A stretch of 63,747 nucleotides of DNA, counting the filler. It is 13 parts of 13 records of this genome, joined end to end, with 100 filler letters (N's around TTAATTAATTAA, not from the genome) between each part and the next. Parts side by side here need not be neighbours in the genome. Positions count along the whole stretch, not along the records: positions 57,690 to 63,747 come from SRR7504441_8547; 12 more parts are not named here. One strand, 5' to 3'. The position numbers and the translations under genes are program-made. How positions within the stretch are numbered: the first letter of the stretch is position 1; every line of letters begins with the position of its first letter. Under the pieces are notes generated by a model, which did not search any database, had not been told where the DNA came from, and saw only the letters and a list, made by a program, of their open reading frames with translations. Shown here one piece after another: positions 57,786 to 63,747 of the stretch.

Positions 57786-59718
57786 ATGGAACCCGACAGC
57801 TTCGAGCAGCGCAAACTCAAGATCGTGGCCGACCTGGCGGCCGGGGCGAACGACCAGTCGCCCAAGGGCTCGCTGGATCCGCCGGTGATCCCGCTGGTTG
57901 GCTGCCTCAACGGCCACCCGGACTACGTCACCACCTCCTCCTGCTCGGGCCGGGTGGCCGCCTTCCTCTCGGCCGACGCCGACCGCAAGGGCGGCCGCTG
58001 GGCCTTCATCTCGCACGAGCCGGCCGACCCGGCCGACCTGCTCGCCCGGCTCTCCGCGGACCTCCCGACCCACCCGGCCGGGGGCGAGCTCTGCTTCAAG
58101 TTCGAGCCGTTCGTGATGCACGTCGAGTGCCGCTCGCTGCTCGCTGCCAGCCGGCTGCTCCAGCTGTCGCTCGGGTGCGGGTTCCGGGAGTCTGGGATAA
58201 TGAACGCCGACAGACGGTTCATGCTCGCGGTCCGGGGCTCGCTCCGACTCGAAGCCCCGCTGGCGTCGGGCGGGTGCTGGCTGGTCCCTGAGGATTACGT
58301 ACTCCGGCTGACAGAGCTGGCCAACGGAAAGATGGCCCAGAATCTGGCCAGGATCGACCGATTCTATAAGGCGGTGAGCGGGGCGCTCCAAGGAGCTGGG
58401 CCTGAAGAGGAGCTCCCCAGCCAGCTGGGGCTGCTCGTACCAGCGCGCGCCACTGAGCAGCTGCGAGTGGCGCTCGACCGACGAGGCTGGCTGGACGGCA
58501 CTCGGGGGATCGGCAAGCAGCCAGACGGCCGGATGGGCCTCCCGGTGACAGTGGCCGGCGCGGCGGTGCTTGTAGACGCTTTGGAGAGCGGACTGGCAGA
58601 CGATCCTCTGATCAGCGCAATTCTCGAGGCAGGTGGCGGGCAAATCGCGGCGGTGGACAGCTGCGCCGTAGTGAGCCAGAAGCGGCGGGCCTCGCCGTAC
58701 CAGCGGTTGGTGGCCAGCTGCGAGCGAGTGCTCGGGCCGATTTCAGAGCAGGAGAGATCGTCGCTACTTAAGGAGGTGCCAAGCCGGTGGGAGACTCTAG
58801 GCGACCTGGTGCTGCTGCCGGCCGACGCATTCGCCTCGGAGGCGCGCTGGGTGGAGCTGGCCGGTGGGGCGGAGCGGCTGTGGGCGGGAGTGGCCGGAGC
58901 GCTCAAGGTGAAAGTCGAGATCAGTGTGTTGTTGCTGAGGCGAGGGGTGCAGGCGAGCAGGCTGGCAAGGCAGGCCGCGGTGGATCCAGGCCGGATGCGG
59001 CAGAGCCGCGTGCGGCTGCTGCTTGGGTCGGACGGCTGGGTGAGCACCAAGCAGCACGGGGTGGTTTATGAGCTCGACGTGACAAAGGTGATGTTCTCGT
59101 CCGGCAACACCACCGAGCGAAGGTGCCGCCGGCTCGGGAGGCCGGCTGAGCCGGTCGTGCAGGCGGATGGGCCAACTGGCTTGCGATGGGCAGACGGTGG
59201 TGGATCTCTACTGCGGGATAGGTGCCCGGCGACACCGGTTGGCGTGAGGGTCAGCAGGGTATTTATCGATCCCGATCCTCGTTCGCTGCGGCTCCGCGCG
59301 GCTGCATGCTTGTGAGATCAACCCCGACTCCGTTGAAGCGCTGCAACGGAGCCTGGCAGCCAACAGGGTGGCCGATCGGTGCACGGTGCACCACGGGGAC
59401 AACAGGGAGGTGGCGCCTGAGGGGGTGGCTGATAGAGTACTGCTGGGACTCATCCCTTCGAGTCGGGACGGCTGGCCGGTGGCGGTCAGAGCGCTCAAGC
59501 CGGAGGGAGGCTGGCTGCATGTTCACGAGAATGTGCCACACGGCGAGCAAGAGCAGTTTGGGGCTGAGTTGTTAGGAGAGCTTGAGCGGCTGATAGCGTG
59601 CCGGGGGAGCCCGGAGGTGGAGATTGTGCACGTGGAGAACGTCAAGCAGTATGCACCGCGGGTCGACCACTTAGTTTACGACGTCCGAGTGAGAATACAC
59701 GCACCCGAGTCAGAATAA
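57786..59718 (+). CDS. tRNA wybutosine synthesis TYW3-TYW2 fusion protein
   Basis: TYW3: DQSPKGSLD, TTSSCSGRV, EPFVMHVEC, GFRESG, AVRGSLRLEAP. TYW2: VMFSSGNTTER, VVDLYCGIGY, ACEINP, GDNR, ADRVLLGLIPSS, WLHVHENV. Confidence 0.92.
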
Positions 59719-59939
59719 GCTGCAATTACCTGCAATAACCAGCTGCAATCTTACTGCAATCTTGAGTCCCAAATTCGTGTAGACTTTGAGTTTAATCTAA
59801 AACAAATATGTTGCTCGTGCTTTAAAGCACTATTCTTCTAAGAATGAGTCCGCTTGTGACGGTGTACAAGTTGTGTACAAGTCATGTACGGCTCAATTGC
59901 ATTCGATCATAGTTAGATCATAGTTGGATCAGTGGGCTA

Positions 59940-60888
59940 CTAAAGTTGGTCATCGGGCGCCGCGGGGGGCGGTCCATCCTGGGCCCCAGCGGTCTCGGTG
60001 GCCGTTGCCGTCTCCGTGGTGCCCGCAAACCACGGCTCAGAGGACGGCTTGGCCTGCGTTGCAGCGGGTGCTGCTGGGGACGTTTCTTTCATGGCACTCT
60101 CAGTCACGCCCCATTCGTACTGCTTGGGGCAAGGGCAGATCATGAAGAAGACGGCGACGATCCAGGTTAGAACGAACGCAGCCAGGCAGAACCACCAGCC
60201 GGGCCCGTAAGTGGGGCTCCACATAGAGTCGACCTCGCGATGACAATCGAATGAGAACCTAAGCAGAGCGAACCCGAGCAGGAATATTTGGATGCAGCTG
60301 CTCAGGATAGAGCCCAGCTTGGCGCACCCGTTGTCCTGGTTGGTTCCGCGCACGTAGCATGGATAGAGGAGCTGACCGGGCCGGCTGGCAGCCAACCGGG
60401 GGCGGGCCGCACCCAGGCTTTCATGATGCAGGCGAGGGCCATACTAACTTGCATGCTGGTGGCGGCGTCCTTGCAGTTCTTGACGTTGTCGTTGTTGAGG
60501 AACACGCCGTCAATGTCCGTGCCGCTGTCGTTGACGTCGTCCCACTTGGAGATGGAATTGTAGAGACCGCACCCGCCGTTCAGATACAAGCCTCCGATAT
60601 TGGCCCACAGGTCGAACTCGCAGTTGTTGATCTGCCCGTCGTACTTCATCCAAAAGAAATTCTCAATGATCGACCTGCCCAGCACCGGTTGGCCAGAGCG
60701 CCCGGCCCGAAGGTCTGCCTGTTGATGGAGATGCCGATGCAGGCCAGGATGGAGCACACGAGGGCCAGGAAGGTCATGATGCCGCACGCGACGGTTATGC
60801 ACCAGAACCGGCGATCGCCGATGACTTGTGAACCGCATGAGCCCAGTGACGAATCGAAGCAGGTGCAACTGGAGAAGAGCGTGCCCAT
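59940..60888 (-). CDS. Four-TM claudin/PMP22-superfamily-like membrane protein
   Basis: TM1, a loop with W...GL and Cys residues, TM2-3, and YGPGW before TM4; GC-AG intron 60675-60718. Confidence 0.5.
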
Positions 60889-61270
60889 CAGGCAACGCGT
60901 GCTGATTCAGCGGACGTACCCAAAATCCTGAAATCCGTAACGGCCTTTATATAGGGTTCTGATTTTTTTTTATTCTGAAGCGATTCAGGTACTCGTACCT
61001 AAGTACTCGTACTCGTACCAGCCGCAACATTCGCAATACATTCGCAACATATTCGCAACATTCATCAATTTAGAATATGTAGCAAATACGTCGGTACCAT
61101 GATATACCTATTAAGTCTGTCCAACTGTGTTGTTAGTAAGCTAGCTTAGGTGAATCATTGAATCTAGGTACCATAATTACGTATACAAGTACATGGTTTG
61201 GTATCGAACTATTGATCTAATCAGACGACAGACATCAGTACGCCGTTTTGTTCCACGCCGGCGCACGTAC

Positions 61271-62845
61271 TTAGTCAAGCTCGAGCTTGCCCATCAGGTG
61301 CTTCTGGATGAACTGCTGTACCGTGTGTTTGATCCGCGGCACCAACGCCTCGGCATGCTTGCCAATGATCAGCCGGACGTAATCCCGCCGGGTGGTACAC
61401 CGCTCCTTCCGCTCGTGCTCAATCTCATACACCCACTCGTCCATGACCGTCCCGTGCGTCACGTTGCCTAGTTTGATTACACCAAACACCGGCTGGCAGT
61501 GCCCTATGATCCCTTTGAAGTGCACATTCACCTTGATCTCGTAAAACAGCGAGCTCTGCCCGGATCCGTGCTTGACCATCGCGTACGAGTCGGCCCAGTC
61601 CTTCTCCGGGTCCAGCTCGCACGGCTTGACCAGCCCGGCCTCGGGCTCGTGCACCCACTCAGCACACTGATGCGGATCCAGCAACATCTCGCTCAACTTC
61701 TTCTTGGCCCATACAGTCCAGTCCTTCTCGCCGCCCCCCTGGAAGCCAGTGGACTTGCCCGCCCCCGCCGAGTTGGCTTTCACCACTCCAGTCGACCGCA
61801 CCTGCCCTGGCTCCCCCGCGCCTACCAACTGCGGTCACCTCCTCTCGTGCATCCACTGCCGCCCTCGCCGCCTCAATCTCTGCTCGCTCCTCCTCGACAA
61901 GCCGCACCACCCGCTCATCCCCGGCCTCCTGCGCCAGCCGCTCCGCTGTCTCCAGGTCCTGCCCCACCCGGTCAGGCCAGCCCCGGCCGCCAGTAGCCTT
62001 CAGGCCAGACTCCCACTTCTGAAGCTTGCCTTGGGCCATCCCGCGACGCAGCCACACCAGTGTGTAATCGGTCTTCAAAGCCAACGCGGCGCTGCAGGCG
62101 TGGATCGCGTACCGCCACTGCCGCTGGCGCAACTCGCTCAGTCCGATGTTGGCGTGCAACGTGGCAGCCCCGTACTCGCCCACACTCTGCTCATCAGCTT
62201 CAGCCAGGAGCACCAGACCCCGGCGGTACGCCTTGACTGCGCGATCGTACTGCCCCTGCGCGAACAGCCGGGTGCCCAGCCGCTTGGCGAGCAACGGCTC
62301 GGTGATCGCCTGGAGCTCGTCCGGGTCCTCCTCTGTCTCCAGCACCTGGCCGACGACTCGCCGGGGCCCGACGGGCGGGCCGCCTTGTCCTCGGCCTCCG
62401 CGTGCTCCATGTCCTCGTAGTCCACCTCCACCGCCACCCCGGACATCGCCGCCATGATCTGCACCGCGCGCGGGTCGCCCATCCGAACGTACGCGTCCAG
62501 CAGCATCGGGTTGGCCTATACCTAGCGGTCAGGCCGGGGGGTTCGGGGGAGCTGGACCTGCACGTTGTTGACTAGCTGGACGAAACCCGGATCCTTCATC
62601 CGGCGGGCGGTCGCCGGCACCTCGAGCAGCTTCTGGTGGAGGTTGCTGCCCACCCTGGCGTAAACGTGATCGTTCCGAACGCTCTCGCGGAGCTCGGCGC
62701 GCTCGCGTGCAGTCAGCTTGGGCTCGGCCGGCTCGCTCGGGGCGTTCTCGAGCAGCTCGTCCGCCGAGACCACCCCCAGGTCATCCGCCGACTCGGGCCC
62801 GGTGCTGCCGACTGGGGGCTCCTCCAGCTCCTGGATCTGCACCAT
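61271..62845 (-). CDS. STI1/DP-like + TPR + Aha1_N-like co-chaperone
   Basis: MKDPGFVQLVNNVQ..ANPMLL...DPRAVQIM; AKRLGTRLFAQGQYDRAVKAYRRGL, LHANIGLSEL, VWLRRGMA; EKDWTVWAKKKLSEML...LFYEIKVNVHFKG. Confidence 0.7.
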
Positions 62846-62893
62846 GAGCCTCCGCCGGGAGTGACCTCTGGAGCACAACGGACATTTACCGCT

Positions 62894-63598
62894 ATGCGCC
62901 GGTGCGACCGGTGCGCGTGCCCGGTGCTTCCTCCGGGGGCACCAGCGCCGGCCGCACCCCGGCACCGCCCGCCACCGCGCTTCTGCAGCCCTCGGCCCCC
63001 GAGCTCCACTTTCGGCCCGGCCCAGCTGCGCACCGGGCTGAAGCAGGCCGGCCGAGCGCTCCGCCGGGTCCAGGCAGGCATCAAGCGGGCCGCTGTCGGT
63101 TGCTGGGCCCGGCGAGCCCAGTGCGATGCCGAGCGCCGGAGGTGTGCGAGGCTCGGGCTGCGCTGAGCCGGTTGAAGGTACATGCGGCAGCTGAGCCGGC
63201 TGGCGGCCACTGAGAGGGCGGGCTGGATCGCGCTGGTCGCCTGCCAGCGGTGGCCCACGGGAGTGATCTAGCGGCTGACGAGCGGGGACAGCCGGGCGGT
63301 GCGGGTTGGGCTGCGCCAGGCGATCGAGCGCTGGATGCTCGGCTGGTTACGGAGCCAAGCCGGGGTGCGCTGGCGGGCGCGAGCGCTGTGGCACGAGGCC
63401 GCGAGCGCGGTGGCTGAGTGTGGGACGCCTGGTTTGACTGCCAGGTTCCGGCGGTGGGCCGATGGGGGTGCCGGCCGGAGAGCTGGGCAGGTGGCGGGTG
63501 GTGGCCGCCGACTTGGCGCTGGCGAAGGCTGCAGAAGTAGCGGGAGCGCACGGTTTCGTGTACTGCCGATGGCGCCGATGGCGTCGACGGCGCGCTAA
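62894..63598 (+). CDS. Hypothetical Arg/Trp-rich protein, multi-exon
   Basis: ATG divergent from the 62845 start; fragments such as AIERWMLGWLR; exon structure not resolved. Confidence 0.3.
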
Positions 63599-63747
63599 CA
63601 GGCCTTTCGCCGAGCAGTCCGGCTAGTGTTATGTAAATTTCGATCAAGCTGTAAATTGCGATTCGCCCAATCGAACATGAGTGTGCGAGTGCTGCGTATA
63701 ATCATACAATGTCATTATGCAACGGAGCTGGAGAAAGGCGATAGCCG

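Noticed and set aside
1-63747. A lipid/sterol gene cluster (sphingosine kinase, DUF1295, LLTP, Sec14-EBP, CLN3)
   Set aside because: These genes lie on different contigs joined artificially; adjacency in the window carries no information.

Overview
This is not one continuous locus. It is 13 short, unlinked contigs (about 3-9 kb) joined by 100-nt artificial spacers (N44-TTAATTAATTAA-N44). They come from a GC-rich, gene-dense eukaryote, probably a protist metagenome or single-cell assembly; I cannot assign the taxon. Genes carry very short (~36-51 nt) spliceosomal introns, many with GC donors, so the ORF track fragments most genes; the gene models here are hand-spliced and approximate. Recognisable genes include a sphingosine/ceramide-type kinase, GMC oxidoreductase, GH31 glycosidase, DUF1295 steroid-reductase-like protein, organellar IF2, TRAPPC1, a DIS3-family exoribonuclease, HECT E3 ligase, ankyrin and LRR-FN3 proteins, GST, BEACH-WD40, PRPP synthetase (fragment), CLN3 and a TYW3-TYW2 fusion. 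The most notable observations are: (1) a recurrent intergenic signature of 10-bp direct repeats separated by 1-2 nt (period ~11) on most contigs; (2) a Sec14/CRAL-TRIO + tetraspanin-like + apparently non-catalytic EBP/EXPERA fusion; (3) frequent GC-AG mini-introns; (4) a vitellogenin/LLTP-like protein with lectin/PAN-like modules; (5) a kringle lacking its outer disulfide inside a fibre-like repeat, followed by a C-type lectin; (6) a STI1/DP-TPR-Aha1_N-like co-chaperone; (7) an intron-containing SemiSWEET-like half transporter. All domain calls are from motif recognition by eye; no searches were run.
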